Part shown: in pieces, positions 1 to 14,918 of the stretch
How the letters are laid out: each line of letters starts with the position of its first letter
Position numbering within the stretch: position 1 is the first letter of the stretch
Source of the DNA: Octopus vulgaris
Lineage: Eukaryota
DNA length: 64,000 nt
Assembly (NCBI GenBank): GCA_951406725.2
Contig: OX597815.1
Span: 3,224,001 to 3,288,000, forward strand
Direction: 5' to 3'
Made by a program: the position numbers and the translations under genes
The notes under the pieces: model-generated
What the model saw: only the letters and a program-made list of their open reading frames with translations
Database searches by the model: none
What the model was told of the DNA's origin: nothing

Positions 1-148
1 AAAAAAAATTTTGCCCATGACACTCCCTGGACGCTAAGTAAGTCATGTATAAAATTTGAATGAAATTGGTTGTGTAGTTCTCAAGTTTTAGGGATTCACA
101 CAGACAGACAGACACACACACACATTCTCAGTTTTCTATATATAGAGA
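1..148 (-). mobile_element. Probable 5' end of a non-autonomous Helitron-like element, truncated by the window edge
   Basis: Minus strand begins TCTCTATATATAGAAAAC followed by a GT/CTGT microsatellite, the same layout as the 5' ends of the elements at 13226-13619 and 44641-45219. Confidence 0.45.
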
Positions 149-366
149 GAAAGGAATACACATTTTATGACTTTGTCAAAGGAGGAAAGCCATCATCCGT
201 GACAATTTTCATAGCCAGTCTTAAACTGGTGGGAGGAAAATGAGGTGGGGATGGTGTTAAACTCAGCCCAGACGATACACACCCACTAACATACACACAC
301 ATACACATACACAGATATATATATATTTTTCTCTCCTTGTTTCTTTCCGTGTTTCTTTTCTGTGTA

Positions 367-404
367 TCTTTCTGTTGAAGAGCGTAGGCTCGAAACGTAA
401 AAGA
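367..404 (+). ncRNA. Hammerhead-ribozyme-like motif (type I, non-canonical core) in a ~175-bp TA-flanked element (327-502)
   Basis: TCTTT CTGTTGA A GAGC-GTAG-GCTC GAAA CG TA AAAGA; stems I and II pair, ACGT palindrome at stem III; core has U6 instead of A6. Confidence 0.5.
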
Positions 405-500
405 CTTGTTTTATTTATATTCCTGAGCGCCATACTAATACATTTGTTTGTTTGTACTCCACCAGCCTTCGTCTTTTGTTTATTTTCATAAAGCTTCCCG

Positions 501-561
<61 letters not shown>

Positions 562-837
562 TATGAACTTTAAGTTAGTTAAAATATGTTTGTAAGATAT
601 TTCAACTTCCAAAGGCAGGTTCACTGCTATTACCGAGGAGAATAGATTCTCTGTCGTGGTAAAAGTTGTCAAGGCATCAGACCTGCTCTGTGTTGCCCCC
701 TCATCAGATTCCCAGCATTTGTAAGTCTTTAGCCGTAATCAATAGGAAATACCAAAAAGAAATAACTCTGAGCAAATTTAGAAGCGAAGATTTAACTAAA
801 ATGCAGTCGACAACATTGAGTGACTTGCGCTATTCGT

Positions 838-1583
838 TTCTACTCTAGGCACAAGGCCCGAAATTTCTGGGGAGGGGGCCAGTCGATTAGATCGACTCCA
901 GTACGCAACTGGTACTTAATCTATCGATCTCAAAAGAATGAAAGGCAAAGTCGACCTCGGCGGAATTTGAACTCAGAACGTAACGGGTGACGAAATACCT
1001 ATTTCTTTACTACCCACAAGGGGCTAAACAAGGACAGACAAAGGGATTAAGTCGATTAGATCGACTCCAGTGCGTAACTGCTACTTATTTAATCGACCCC
1101 GAAAGGATGAAAGGCAAAGTCGACCTCGGCGGAATTTGAACTCAGAACGTAGCGGCAGACGAAATACCTATTTCTTTACTACCCACAAGGGGCTAAACAC
1201 AGAGGGGACAAACAAGGACAGGCAGATGGATTAAGTCGATTACATCGACCCCAGTGCGTAACTGGTACTTTATTTATCGACCCCAAAAGGATGAAAGGCA
1301 AAGTCAACATTGGCAGAACTTGAACTCAGAACGTTAAGACAGACGAAATACCTATTTCTTTACTACCCACAAGGGGCTAAACACAGAGGGGACAAACAAG
1401 GATAGACAAACGGATTAAGTCGATTGGATCGACCCCAGTACGCAACTGGTACTTATTTAATCGACCCCGAAAGGATGAAATGCAAAGTCGACCTTGGCGG
1501 AATTTGAACTCAGAATGTTACGACAGACGAAATACGGCTACGCATTTCGCCCGGCGTGCTAACGTTTCTGCCAGCTCGCCGCC
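838..1583 (-). mobile_element. tRNA-derived SINE, family A, with ~4 tandem internal units
   Basis: Head GGCGGCGAGCTGGCAGAAACGTTAGC at 1583, B-box-like GAGTTCAAATTCC, repeated core GCCTTTCATCCTTTCGGGGTCGAT every ~170-185 bp; many copies in the window. Confidence 0.85.
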
Positions 1584-1686
1584 TTCAGTTTCGTCCCGGT
1601 ACTCATAACTAAGATGTAGATTTCTGTATTCATTAAAGATTATATATATGCGTGTGTGTGTATGTGTTTGTGTGTGTTCGTGCGTG

Positions 1687-1739
<53 letters not shown>

Positions 1740-2726
1740 ATTAATTCATATAGTCTACTGTGAGTATTGAGTTCGCTTTCACTCGATACACGTACATATA
1801 TACACATGTGTGAGTACATATAGGTGCCTATTGGGCCTTTATGTGGGTATATGTGTACACATGCACATAACATGAATGTTCCAATATACATACATATGCA
1901 GTATGTGTGTGTGTGTGTGTGTGTGTGTTGGTGTATTTTTGTTATATTGTTGTTTATGTTATTCCCGGTGTTTTGTTTGTGAATCATCACATCTCACTCC
2001 GCCCCCCCCTCTTTCCTGCAATGTCTCCAAGGCTTTCTCCCCCTCCCCCACCTCCACTATTTCTCAAAGAGATCCCATCTCCCACATCTCCTAGTATTGT
2101 CGTTGTTGTTGTTGTTTGTGATCAGAAGGTCTCATTAGTTTCCACTTTGAGGAAAAGGCGGGAATTCAGTTGTTATTTCACGCCTTCTCCCATACACAAC
2201 CTACACACACACACACACATACATATACACGCACTTAGACACACACACACATGCACATACTCAGACACACACGATACACACACGTACGCATACACACTCT
2301 TACACATGCTAACCGATTCACACATACAGAGATATACACATACATGTAGACACACACACACACACATATAGAAATACACACATACATATATACATATATG
2401 AATGTACATATGTATATATGTGTGTGTGTGTGTGTATTTATGTATATATATATACTCACATACACATATACATGCATATATATATATATTTGATATATAT
2501 ATATATATATATATACATATATATATAAATATATATATGGATATATATGAAGAGAGAGAGAGAGAGAGAGAGAGAGAGCAAGTGGGGAGAGAGACTGGTT
2601 TCCACCCCCACCCCCACGCCTTTTACTTTCACCTGGAAAAAGTCTACCAGTAAAAGAAGAAAAGAGGGAAAGCCTAAGTACTGCTGGAGATGGTGGCAAG
2701 TGTGCCTTCGGCGGCGATGAGGATAT

Positions 2727-3070
2727 GGTGGTGGTGGTGGTGGTGGTGGTGGTGGTGGTGGTGGTGGTGGTGGTGGTGGTGGTGGTGGTGGTGGTGGTGG
2801 TGGTGGTGGTGGTGGTGGTGTGGTGGTGGTGGTGGTGGTGGTGGTGGTGGTTGTGGTGGTGGTGGTGGTAGTGGTTGTGGTGGTGGTGGTGGTGGTGGTG
2901 GTGGTGGTGGTGGTGGTGGTGGTGGTGGTGGTGGTGGTATTGGTGGTGATACTGCTAGTTGTGGTAGCTGTGGCGATTGTAGTGTGGCTAGCTTAGGCGG
3001 CGGCGGCGGCGGCGGCTGTGGTTGTAGTGGCATCGTGTTGCTGCTGGTGGCACTGGTGGTGGTGGTGGTA
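2727..3070. repeat. (GGT)n/(GGC)n trinucleotide microsatellite
   Basis: Directly visible; source of the poly-W/G/P/H ORFs. Confidence 0.95.
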
Positions 3071-3527
3071 GTGTTGGAGGTGGCGGAGTGGTGTGCGGTG
3101 TAGCTGCTTGTTGATATTGTTAATAGTAATTATGCAGTGGTTATCAGGGTGGAATACGAGTATTGATTCGGTGTGAAGAAAGAGGCAAGTGATAGGGCTG
3201 TTATCTCCACTTATGAACCAGTTTACTTGCAAGAGGTTCGGTGGGTGTATGTGTGTGGGGGAGGGGCAAGTGGTGTCTGTCCGTTAATGGCATCTATGAT
3301 GTGTGTGTGTACGTGTGTACAACGGAGGAGGGATGGTGCTCACATATTTATGTCGAATATTTATGCGTTTATATATGTGTGTGCGTATGTATGTGTGCAT
3401 ACATACATGTATACATACATACATATATATATATAAAGTTAATCCAAACAAGAAAACACAAAAAAACACAACAACGCGAGGACGTGGAACAAATATAGTA
3501 TTATTGGACGCTCAGGAAGGAAGGAGG

Positions 3528-3562
3528 GTTTAACGTTTCGAGCGGAGCTCTTCGTCGGAAAC
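3528..3562 (-). ncRNA. Hammerhead-ribozyme-like motif (non-canonical core) in a TA-flanked element (3437-3643)
   Basis: Minus strand GTTT CCGACGA A GAGC-TCC-GCTC GAAA CG TT AAAC; downstream TTCCTGAGCG..ATTTGTT is shared with the element at 327-502. Confidence 0.5.
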
Positions 3563-3654
3563 ATAGGAGAAGGAAAGATCCAGAGAAGGGAAGACAGAGG
3601 AAAAAAATCGCCAACGGTACATTCGAGGTCACATTTTGAAAACATATATATATA

Positions 3655-3790
<136 letters not shown>

Positions 3791-4211
3791 AAGGAATTTG
3801 GAGAGGTTGGATGAAGAATGGAAGATAGGAAAAAGGTGTGAATAACAATCGTGGCGACGGTCCTCTTTGTCGTGAAGTTGATGTAATGAATGTCAGAAGT
3901 ACAAAGGACGGGGCAAACACGTCAACCCATTGAATTCCGGTTGCCTCAGCCTCTAACCAAACGAGAGGGCGCTAGTTCATATTCCATTTAAGAAAAAACC
4001 TTAATAAAATATAGAAAATATAGAAATAAAAAATAGCTACGCGAGCAGACTCCCCTCCATCCCCACCCCCACGCTCCACACAAACACTTTTGTAGAGAAT
4101 TTTTGCGTCAATTAGTTTATAACTGTTGTTGACTGTTTTTTTTGTGTGTGCATCATGGGGGTTAATGTTGCTTTATTTATATGTTTATTGGTTTGTCTAC
4201 TACTACTACTG

Positions 4212-4299
<88 letters not shown>

Positions 4300-4313
4300 T
4301 GATGATGATCATT

Positions 4314-4408
<95 letters not shown>

Positions 4409-4409
<1 letters not shown>

Positions 4410-5013
4410 GGCAAAGAAGGAATATATTCACAGACACGACAGAGTTGGGACCTACATACATTGGAAGCTATGCCAACATTATGGAATAACAACAGAAAAA
4501 AGATGGTATAGGCACGCACCAGAAAAGGTCACAGAAAACGAGAAAGCAACCATACTCTGGGATATGCCGATACACACAGATAGAGAAATTAAGGCCAACA
4601 GACCAGATATAGTTGTCAGAGATCATGAAGAAAAAAATGCTTTCTAATTGATGTATCAATACCAGCAGATGACAACGTGTCTCTAAAAGAAATGGAGAAA
4701 CTTTCAAAATACAAAGACCTGGAAATAGAGGTAACCAGGATGTGGAATCTAAAAACAGAAACAATTCCTATCATAGTAGGTGCATTAGGCATGATAAAAA
4801 AAAAATATTCAGACAAATACATAACAAAAACACCAGGACTTACAAACACATATAACATACAGAAAATTGCACTACTAGGCACTGCACACATCCTACGCAG
4901 AACACTTTCCATACAGTAACCATCAGAGCATCACAACAAATCACAGCACATACCCAAGCCACACAGAGCTGCGCTCGGTAGTGAAGTGAAAGCACGCTAT
5001 AAAAATAAAACTA

Positions 5014-5016
<3 letters not shown>
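4409..5016 (+). mobile_element. 5'-truncated R4/Dong-like non-LTR retrotransposon (RLE endonuclease C-terminus plus 3' UTR) inserted in (TAA)n
   Basis: Translates as EYIHRHDRVG..ILWDMPIHTDREIKANRPDIVV..FLIDVSIP..KEMEKLSKYKDL..IPIIVGALG, the RHD and PD-(D/E)xK RLE motifs; stop at 4919; (TAA)n on both sides. Confidence 0.85.
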
Positions 5017-5091
<75 letters not shown>

Positions 5092-5125
5092 TACCACTAC
5101 TACTACTAATTGCTACTATTTAATA

Positions 5126-5349
5126 CTTTATTGCCCACAAGGGGCTAAACAGAGGGGACAAACAGCGACAGACAAAGGGACTAAGTCGATTACATCGACT
5201 CCAGTGCGTAACTGCTACTTATTTAATCGATCCCGAAAGGATGAAAGGCAAAGTCGACCTCGGCGGAATTTGAACTCAGAACGTAACGGCAGGCGAAATA
5301 CCGCTAAGCATTTCGCTTGGCGCGCTAACGATTCTGCCAGCTCGCCGCC
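5126..5349 (-). mobile_element. SINE family A, monomer
   Basis: Same head and core as 838-1583. Confidence 0.85.
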
Positions 5350-5353
5350 TTTA

Positions 5354-5401
<48 letters not shown>

Positions 5402-5784
5402 AAACCACTACAGCAACAGAAACATTTCATTTGTAGTATTAATTTATTAACATAAGGCCGCGAGATGGCAGAATCTTTAGCAGAATCGGAGTCGATAAAT
5501 TAAGTACCAGTTGAGTACTGGGGTCACTATAATCGACTTATCCCCCCCACCCTCGAACTTGCAGGGTTTGTGCCAAAGATTTAAAATCAATATTTAGCAG
5601 AAGTAATATGAATACAAAAATAATACGTGAAAACAATAATGATAATAACAATAACAGGACATCACAAACAGGCGTCTTTCGACTTAGACGAATTAATATA
5701 TATATACACACACACACACACTCAGAGAAATACAAAACACATATATAGATATCCCATTATATATCAATCATGAATATATGTGTT

Positions 5785-5818
<34 letters not shown>

Positions 5819-5883
5819 CACATACACATATGTGTATGTGCACACTAACACGTATACATATATATTTACATATCTAAGTTCAC

Positions 5884-5927
<44 letters not shown>

Positions 5928-6689
5928 AGTGCTCGAATTTCCCATAATTTCCCATTTTTTATTCTTCTATGTTCTGTATGTCGATTATTAATTCCCAGCC
6001 AATGATCAACGGTCTATATTTAATTTTGTTAAAAATATTCTCTTTACGACTCAGTTACATAAACAGCGGTCGGTGTGCGACTGACAATAATACATATGTG
6101 TGTATATGTGCGTGTGTACGAGAGCGTGTAGAATCATATATACGTGTGTGTGTGTTCCTAAACACACATACATGCACACACACACTCACACACATACAAT
6201 AAGCATTTTCGTAAGTAAACCACTGCTTAAGTTTCGTTTCATATCATTCGCTTTTTAAGTCTATTTATTTTTATATTTATATATTTATTTACGTGTATAT
6301 TTAAATATTTGTATTCATATTTAAATATTTATATTTATACCCAGATATTCTTCAATAGAATGATTCTCTCTGTTCCTCTGTTCCATTCTCGACAAATTCT
6401 CTATATTTAGAGATTTTATTTCTACAAGAATTTTCATTTCAGAATTATCCAAACAATAATAATATTCTTTAAAAATAAAAATAAAAATAAGAAAGCAGAA
6501 ACGAAAACATCAAAACAAAGATAATATTTTAGTTTTATTATATATACACACTGCTTTCTACCTTTATTTAGTTATTTTTATTTTCCAGAAGCCCACACCC
6601 ACCTCCTTACTATTTTTAAGAAATTGAATTAAAATAAATATTCGGACTGTTTCTTTTAAATTTATACATTTTTTAATGTTAGAATTGTT

Positions 6690-6816
6690 TTCATCATCAT
6701 CATCAGCAACAGCATTGTCGTCGTTATCATCATCATCATTATCATCATCCTTCTTCTTCTTCTTCTTCTTCTTCTTCTTCTTCTTCTTCTTCTTCTTCTT
6801 CTTCCTCTTCATATTG

Positions 6817-6874
<58 letters not shown>

Positions 6875-7178
6875 TATTATTGTTATTATTATTATTATTA
6901 TTATTATCATTATTATTATTATTATTATTATTTATTATTATTATTATTATTATTATTGTTATTGTTATTATTTATTATTATTATTATTATTATTGTTATT
7001 GTTATTGTTATTATTATTATTATTATTATCATTATTATCATTATTATTATTTATTATTATTATTATTATTATTGTTATTGTTATTATTATTATTATTATT
7101 ATTGTTATTATTATTATTATTATCATTATTATTATTATTATTATTATTATCATTATTTATTATTATTATCATTATTTA

Positions 7179-7213
<35 letters not shown>

Positions 7214-7295
7214 CATTATTATTATTATTATTATCATTATTATTATTATTATTATTATTATCATCATTATTATTATTATCATTATTTATTATTTA

Positions 7296-7329
<34 letters not shown>

Positions 7330-7330
7330 A

Positions 7331-7423
<93 letters not shown>
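6690..7423. repeat. Compound (CAT)n/(TTC)n/(ATT)n microsatellite
   Basis: Directly visible. Confidence 0.95.
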
Positions 7424-7424
<1 letters not shown>

Positions 7425-7651
7425 TTTGAAAATTTAATGAAAGAAATTCACAAGAAATAAAATGTTTTTCGAATCTTATTCAGACTTGTAAAGTTTTAAA
7501 AAAATATTTATTATTGCGGAGAGTAAACGCGTTGGAAATAGCAGTTATATATTTAACTCGTTCCTTATAATGTTTATCTGGTGAGGGTGGGTGGGCGTGG
7601 GGAAGCAAGGACCTCATTGGATACTTTTGAAATTGAAACTTAAAACAATAT

Positions 7652-7954
7652 AGGAGTGGCTGTGTGGTAAGTAGCTTGCTTACTAACCACATAGTCCTGG
7701 GTTCAGTCCCACTGCGTGGCACCTTGGGCAAGTGTCTTGGGCAAGTGTCGGCCTCGGGCCGACCAAAGCCTTGTGAGTGGATTTACTAGACGAAAACTGG
7801 AAGAAGCCCGTCGTATATATATATATATATATATCACCGTGATCACCGTGACCGACCAGGCTATCCGATGTTGCTAGACATCGCTGGTCACAATGCGCTT
7901 CACATTGTCTTAGCCTTCAAATGATGCCACCCCACTGGCTAAGCGAGCAGGCCA

Positions 7955-8002
<48 letters not shown>

Positions 8003-8229
8003 GTGTGTATATGGTTTTGTGTCTGTGTTTGTTCCCCACCTCCAAAATCGATTGACAACCGATGCTGGTGTGTTTATGTCCCCGTAACTTAGTGGTTCGA
8101 CAAAACACACCGGTAGAATAAATAGTAGTCTTACAAAGAATATCTCCTGGGGGTCGATTTGTTCGACTAAAGGTGGTGTTCCAGCATGGCCGCAGTCAAA
8201 TGGCTGAAACAAGTAAAAGAATAAAAGAA
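7652..8229 (+). mobile_element. tRNA-derived SINE, family B (CORE-like CCTTGGGCAAGT block), with a nested ~120-bp insert at 7834-7955
   Basis: GGCTGTGTGGTAAG A-box, GGTTCAGTCCC B-box, internal TA/GT SSR, tail GAAACAAGTAAAAGA; many copies in the window. Confidence 0.8.
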
Positions 8230-8801
8230 TACACACACAGGTACGCACACATACATACATACATACATACATACACACATACATACATACATACATACAT
8301 ACATACATACATACATACATGTATGCGTGCGTGTATGTGTGTGCATGTGTGTGCCTCTGTGTTTGTGTGTGTGTGTGTGTTTGCGTGCGTGTGTGTGTGT
8401 ATGTGTGTGTGTAGTCTTACACTATGCGTAGAGAAGTTTTATTTATGTTTTCAAATACATTCCTGCTTGAATTCGTAACTGTGAAATAAGTTAAAGACAC
8501 CATATTAGAAGGAAACCGTCACATGATGTTGTTGAATAGTTACATGGAGGATCCAGAAATGTATTTTTCCCGAATTATATTTCATTACACTTTTCATTGT
8601 ATTTTATTTCACATATCTGAAGCAAAAATTATTTACGCATTCTACTGTCATGAATACCCATGCGCATACACTCGCCCACACAAACATAGAAGTGCACGCG
8701 CAAAGGTATTTACAAGCAAATGTGTATGTATGGCCCCTATCTCTTCGTCCGTTTACTTTTCTCTGACTCGTCTCTTTTCTCACTAACCTAACACTTTTCT
8801 C

Positions 8802-8841
8802 AATCTCTTGATGAAGGACTAAAGCCCGAAACGTTAAGATT
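8802..8841 (+). ncRNA. Degenerate minimal type-I hammerhead motif
   Basis: AATCT C TTGATGA A GGAC-TAAA-GCCC GAAA CGT TA AGATT; 5-bp stem I, AACGTT palindrome, one mismatch in stem II. Confidence 0.5.
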
Positions 8842-9624
8842 GTTTTTTTCGTTAAAGCGTTAGTTAATGTAGCATATTTTACAACTTGTTCTTCCTGTGT
8901 GTCTTTTTCTTCTTGTGTGATAAGAAGTTTGCTTTCCCACAACATGTTTCAGGGTTCAGTCCCACTGCGCAGCATGTTGTGCAAGTTTCTTCGAGCTGAC
9001 CAAAACTTTGTAAGTGGGTTTGATAGACGGAAAGCAAAAAAAGCCCGTTGTACATTTGTGTGTATGCACGTGCGTGTGCGTGCGTGTGTGAGTGCATGTG
9101 TGTTTCTGTCTGTGTTTGTCCCTAACCGCTCGTTGACAGCCGGTGTTGGTTTGTTTACATCCTTACAAGTTTCTGAGACAGCTAAACGGTTCGATTAATT
9201 CAGTTGTGTCGTGAGTTAACGTTTTCGGCCCTGACCATTTCTCTGATGCTTTTCTCATTGCCCTCTACACGAACCCACAAAAGCTGTTAAAAGTCTGTTG
9301 CCTGCTTAAAACATAACAGGGATGAACACACACACACACATATTATTGATGGTGACTTCGAAGTGTCGGCCAGCTAGGTCATCGACGGAATGCCCTGCTT
9401 TTCAGTTTTTGTTTCCAAAGGCAGTCCAACGATCACTTAACCGATGACCGACAGTTCGAAGTCACTAACAGTATTCTTGCCTAAGAATAATCTACAAAAG
9501 TATCGGGTAACCTTTCAAATTAATGTAATGCGTGTGTGTATGTGTGTATGTGTGTGTGTGTGTGTATGTATGTGTGTGTGTGTTTGTGTGTGTGTGTGTA
9601 AACAAACGTACCAGACGCTATATT

Positions 9625-10016
9625 TTTCTACTCTAGGCACAAAGCCCGAAATTTGTGGGGAGGAGGGGGCAGTCGATTAGATCGACCACAGTACGCAACT
9701 GGTACTTAATTTATCGACCCCGAAAGAATGAAAGGCAAAGTCGACCTCGGCGGAATTCGAACTCAGAACGTAAAGAGAGATAAAATACCTATTTCTTTAC
9801 TACCCACAAGGGGCTAAATACAGAGGGGACAAACAAGGACAAACGGATTAAGTCGATTACATCGACCCCAGTGCGTAACTCCTACTTAATTTATCGACCC
9901 CGAAAGGATGAAAGGCAAAGTCGACCTCGGCGGAATTTGAACTCAGAACGTAACGGCAGATGAAATACGGCTACGCATTTCACCTGGCGTGCTAACGTTT
10001 CTGCCAGCTCGCCGCC
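9625..10016 (-). mobile_element. SINE family A, dimeric
   Basis: Same head and core as 838-1583; two internal units. Confidence 0.85.
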
Positions 10017-10573
10017 TTGTACCAAAATATATAACCAAAATGAACTCAAATGTGTCACGGCAGTCTGCTGCTGAAAGCTAGCAAGCCGAAACTTCGAAGT
10101 CGCTGTCAACACTCACTCCCCTTGTAAAAGTTTATCGAATATACACCCTACAGCAAATATTGAGTACACCCTTAGTTTACAGTAACATTGTTATTTTTTA
10201 TTATAACTCAACATAAAAACCAAACAGTAATTGATGCATATATATGTATATACGGATGTGTGTGTGTGTATAAAAGGAATAAGTTACATTTATGCAGAGC
10301 AAGCCTGTGTAGTGGCTGGTCTCTATGTCACGTGCTATTAAGACGTTAAGATAACGTTTCTATATATTATACATTCATTATATTAATATGGATATACAGG
10401 AGTGAGAATTGTTTAATCTAGTCATACATTCATCCATACACATATAGAGTTCACACTTGTGACCTCAGCTAATCTGTCTGTACCAGTATACATGCGTTTG
10501 CGTGCGTGCGTGCGTGTGTATGCGTGATATATATATATATATATATACACACTCATCAATATATATATATATT

Positions 10574-10611
<38 letters not shown>

Positions 10612-10645
10612 TATATGTTAATAATTATATATATATATATATTAA

Positions 10646-10680
<35 letters not shown>

Positions 10681-11235
10681 ATATATATATATATATATCT
10701 TCATATGTATATAAATACATATACATGTCTAGAATAGCCGCGTGATGGAGTTAAATAATATATGTATCAGTATAAATATACATACATTCAAACATACATC
10801 TATACATAAACACAGTCGTAAGTACACACACGCACATCCACACTTAAATGCACACATATATATACCAGAAACATATCTCTCTGCATGCTTCTATCTGTGC
10901 GTGTGTGTGTGTCTGTCTGAGGGAGAGAGTGTGTATATATATATGTATATATAGACTTATACTAAATAAATTATCCGGTCGCAGTATAAATATTTATATG
11001 CATGTATCAAAAGTTTCTTCTTAATTATTTCTCACTTACACCGAGATGAATACATTTGCGTCCATCTTAACGCTGGTGAGGTAACAATACTCCACACGTA
11101 TGCGATATCTAACGATACATTGATACAAGCACGCACACATCAACACACACGCACACACACACACACACGCGCGGATACATTTACATAAATATATGTGAGT
11201 GTGTGTGAGAATGTCTGTATGTATGCATATACATA

Positions 11236-11273
<38 letters not shown>

Positions 11274-11593
11274 ATCATACACGCACAAACATCACACACA
11301 CATATATATATATATGTATATAGATAGATAGATATACATATACGTGTATAGTGGTAAAGAGATAGGATAAATTTGTTCTTGTACATACACATATAGATAT
11401 ATCAATTGTTGATGACTTCTACTTCACCTCGTTCAATTTACAGAGGTGGCAGTGGGTTTTCAGATATGGCAGCCGAGTCTTACCGCTAATGCATACAATC
11501 ACTCATATACGCCTGTGTTTGTGTGTGTGTGTGCGTGTGTGTGTGTGTATACGTGTGTGTCTGTGTGTGCATGTATCTTTATGTATGTACACA

Positions 11594-11624
<31 letters not shown>

Positions 11625-11839
11625 GCAGATATGTATATACTCATATACTATATATATATACATATATATATACATATATATATATATACATATATATACA
11701 TATATATATATATAATATATATATATATATATTATATATATATATACATATATACAAACGTTTATATATACTGTATCCATTTATAGACGCATTCAAACAC
11801 ACAGAAACATACATACACGTACTGACTTATTCGTACACA

Positions 11840-11878
<39 letters not shown>

Positions 11879-13155
11879 ATATATCTATATATATGTGTGT
11901 GTGTATATATATGTGTATATATATATATATTATATAAGCTTATAATCTAACAGAATTGAACGAACATAATTATATAATAACATAACGTTGCTTTATATAC
12001 CCGGGCGCGTTCATATCCCTGATATGCGGGTGTATAAGTTAAATCTATTCCGAATTTTCTTCCGCGGACGACAAAAAGCAAAAGACGCTTGAATTGGATA
12101 TTGTTATATAAACCCACTTGGCAGGATATATAAAACATGTGGTTGAGATGTTAAATAGAACTGTCTGTGAGTTGCTTATTGACGTCTTTCGTAATTTGGT
12201 AGATTCTGAAGAAAAGATATATTCTTTTATATTTATAACTATCTAACCTGTATAAGTACCTGTAAAAACGGGATTAATTTAGCTGTTTCTTCGTAGACTG
12301 AAAAACCGAAGAACATCCTTAACTGGATTTCTATTCTCATTGGATTCTCTTCAGAGGCGTCGACATCAATTCGGCGAATCCTAGTTTTTATGATTGTTGT
12401 GTCCTTATGTTATGATCTCAGTCACTTGTTTGCCATGGAAACTGGGTAAGCCGTTTTAAGTGTCCAAGGACTCGAGTCGACAAAACTTTTTTATACACAG
12501 CACACACACACACACACACATACACGCGCATACACTCACACACACAAACACACACACACACACACGCATCGACTCGCACATAATCATAAAAGCTATTGCT
12601 GAACTAAACGAGAGGCGGAAAATGAAGCCTCAGCCATCATGATCATCGAGAAGATATGAATCCAGTGTGGAGTGCAACTTTCTTCCTGGCCATAAAGGAA
12701 TGAAAAGCAAAGCTAACATGGCCGGGAAGTTAAAATCAGATATCATATAGTAAGATCGGTTGGTGCAAGATATTTCACCTGGTTTTCTAATGAATGCAGC
12801 AAAGGGCTGCCATTACCTGTGACCAGTTTTCGGCAAAAACTAAGTGTTGTTGTATTGCAGTAATTCTTGAATAATGAAAGGATAATAATTTACAATAACA
12901 AAATGATATTTGCAAAGGAGATGAGGTCAGTAAAAGAAATAAGAGACAGAGAAAATAGAGGGAGAGACTTTGTGAGTGTATTTTAAAATGGAAGATTCAG
13001 ATATTTCAGAGACTGTTACGTTTCGTCGATGTCTTCAGCAACATGACTCTTCGTCAGTGAGGTGGACAATGGGGTGGACGTGTGTGTGTGTGTATGTGTG
13101 TGTATGTGTGTGTATGTGCGTAGCGGATACAGATAAGTAACAAGTTCATATGTCA

Positions 13156-13216
<61 letters not shown>

Positions 13217-13225
13217 TATAACATA

Positions 13226-13619
13226 CTAGCAGTATCGCCCGGCGTTGCTCGGGTTTGTAAGGGAAATAACTATAAAGCATTTTTAGAGAGTTATAGCAAA
13301 AAAATAGCAAAAAATGCATTAAAAATGGAAAAAATATGATGGTAAATTTTTTTTAAAATCGTTGACCCATCGTAGACATTTTTAGAGAGTTACTTCCCTT
13401 ATATTTAAAAAGATATGCATTAAAATGGAAAAAAAATATGGTAAATTATTTTTTAAATCGTAGACTCATCGTAGACGCGCGCTAATACACAGAAGGGCTC
13501 GATATGAATCACGACTATAAGATACCCGGTTTTGGTTAAACTGCACCGCAAAATGTGGGAGTAGTTATGAATCTAAATCGGAGTAGACAGACGCACAACC
13601 TTACTTTTATATATAAAGA
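13226..13619 (-). mobile_element. Non-autonomous Helitron
   Basis: Minus strand 5' A|TCTTTATATATAAAAG ... subterminal hairpin CCCGAGCAACGCCGGG ... CTAG|T 3'; no TSD. Confidence 0.75.
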
Positions 13620-13909
13620 TATGTCTTACGTATTTATCGCTGAGGAGGGAAAAATTCTCATTAATTAACCCCGAAATTGGGACCAATACGGTAATAACGG
13701 ATTTTTTTTAAAAATCTCTATCGGCTTGTTTCAAGACGCTTATATTATAATGGTTATTGACAATTTTGTCTTTTTCGGCATATTTGGCATTAGAATTTTT
13801 CTTTTGCCCTTATTTTATATGTTGTTTATAAATTTAACCTTTAAAGGTATTTTTTGATATGCTGGCCATTGATAAAATTTTTTCCCGAAAAAAATGTTAT
13901 CCTACATTA

Positions 13910-14002
<93 letters not shown>

Positions 14003-14668
14003 ATATATATTAATACGAAAAAACCCTCCAGGCAACATCCCGAAATTCATTTCTTTGCCGAATTTCTACAATGTTTACGGCGATTCGTTTTTATATCTTG
14101 ATTTTTTTTATTTTTCATGCAATTTACGCATGCTTGCACTCGTGGTGAACACAGTTCACGTCAAACAGCTGACTGAGTAAAGTTCTCTATTCAATGCATG
14201 GGATAAGGCCTAAACAAACACATTATCGATTTTTGCACTTGCGAGATAAATTTCGGAACAGAAATAGCGCAGTGCAATTTTCATTCGCCTAAACTTTAAG
14301 TGACCCAATTTTGGTGGTTCTACGATTTGTTGGCTAGTAGGAGATGTGCCGGGAAGTTAAACACACAGATACACATACATACACACAAGTTGAGTTTTAT
14401 ATATATAGATATATGCACATACATACGAACATACATACACACATGAATATGCATACAAATACATTCTTATATATAAAATACATATTCATACAGTCCCGCA
14501 CGTGCGCATGTGTGTGTGTGTGCGCGGGCATACATGTACGTATATATAAATATATATAGTATATACATATATATGCATATATAATTATAACAAGGTTTAT
14601 GTATGTATGCATATATATAAGCATATCTATATCTATTTATATGTATATATGCATATATACATATAAAG

Positions 14669-14735
<67 letters not shown>

Positions 14736-14854
14736 CAAGCATCTAAATATATACGTATGTATGTATGTATATGCATGCATATATGTATGTATAGACAACG
14801 ATGTGTGTAAATACATGAGAGATAAATAAGCTGTCTGTTCGTCTGTGTTCGACC

Positions 14855-14918
<64 letters not shown>

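Noticed and set aside
2674-3103. Poly-Pro/His and poly-Trp/Gly ORFs
   Set aside because: Translations of a (GGT)n repeat
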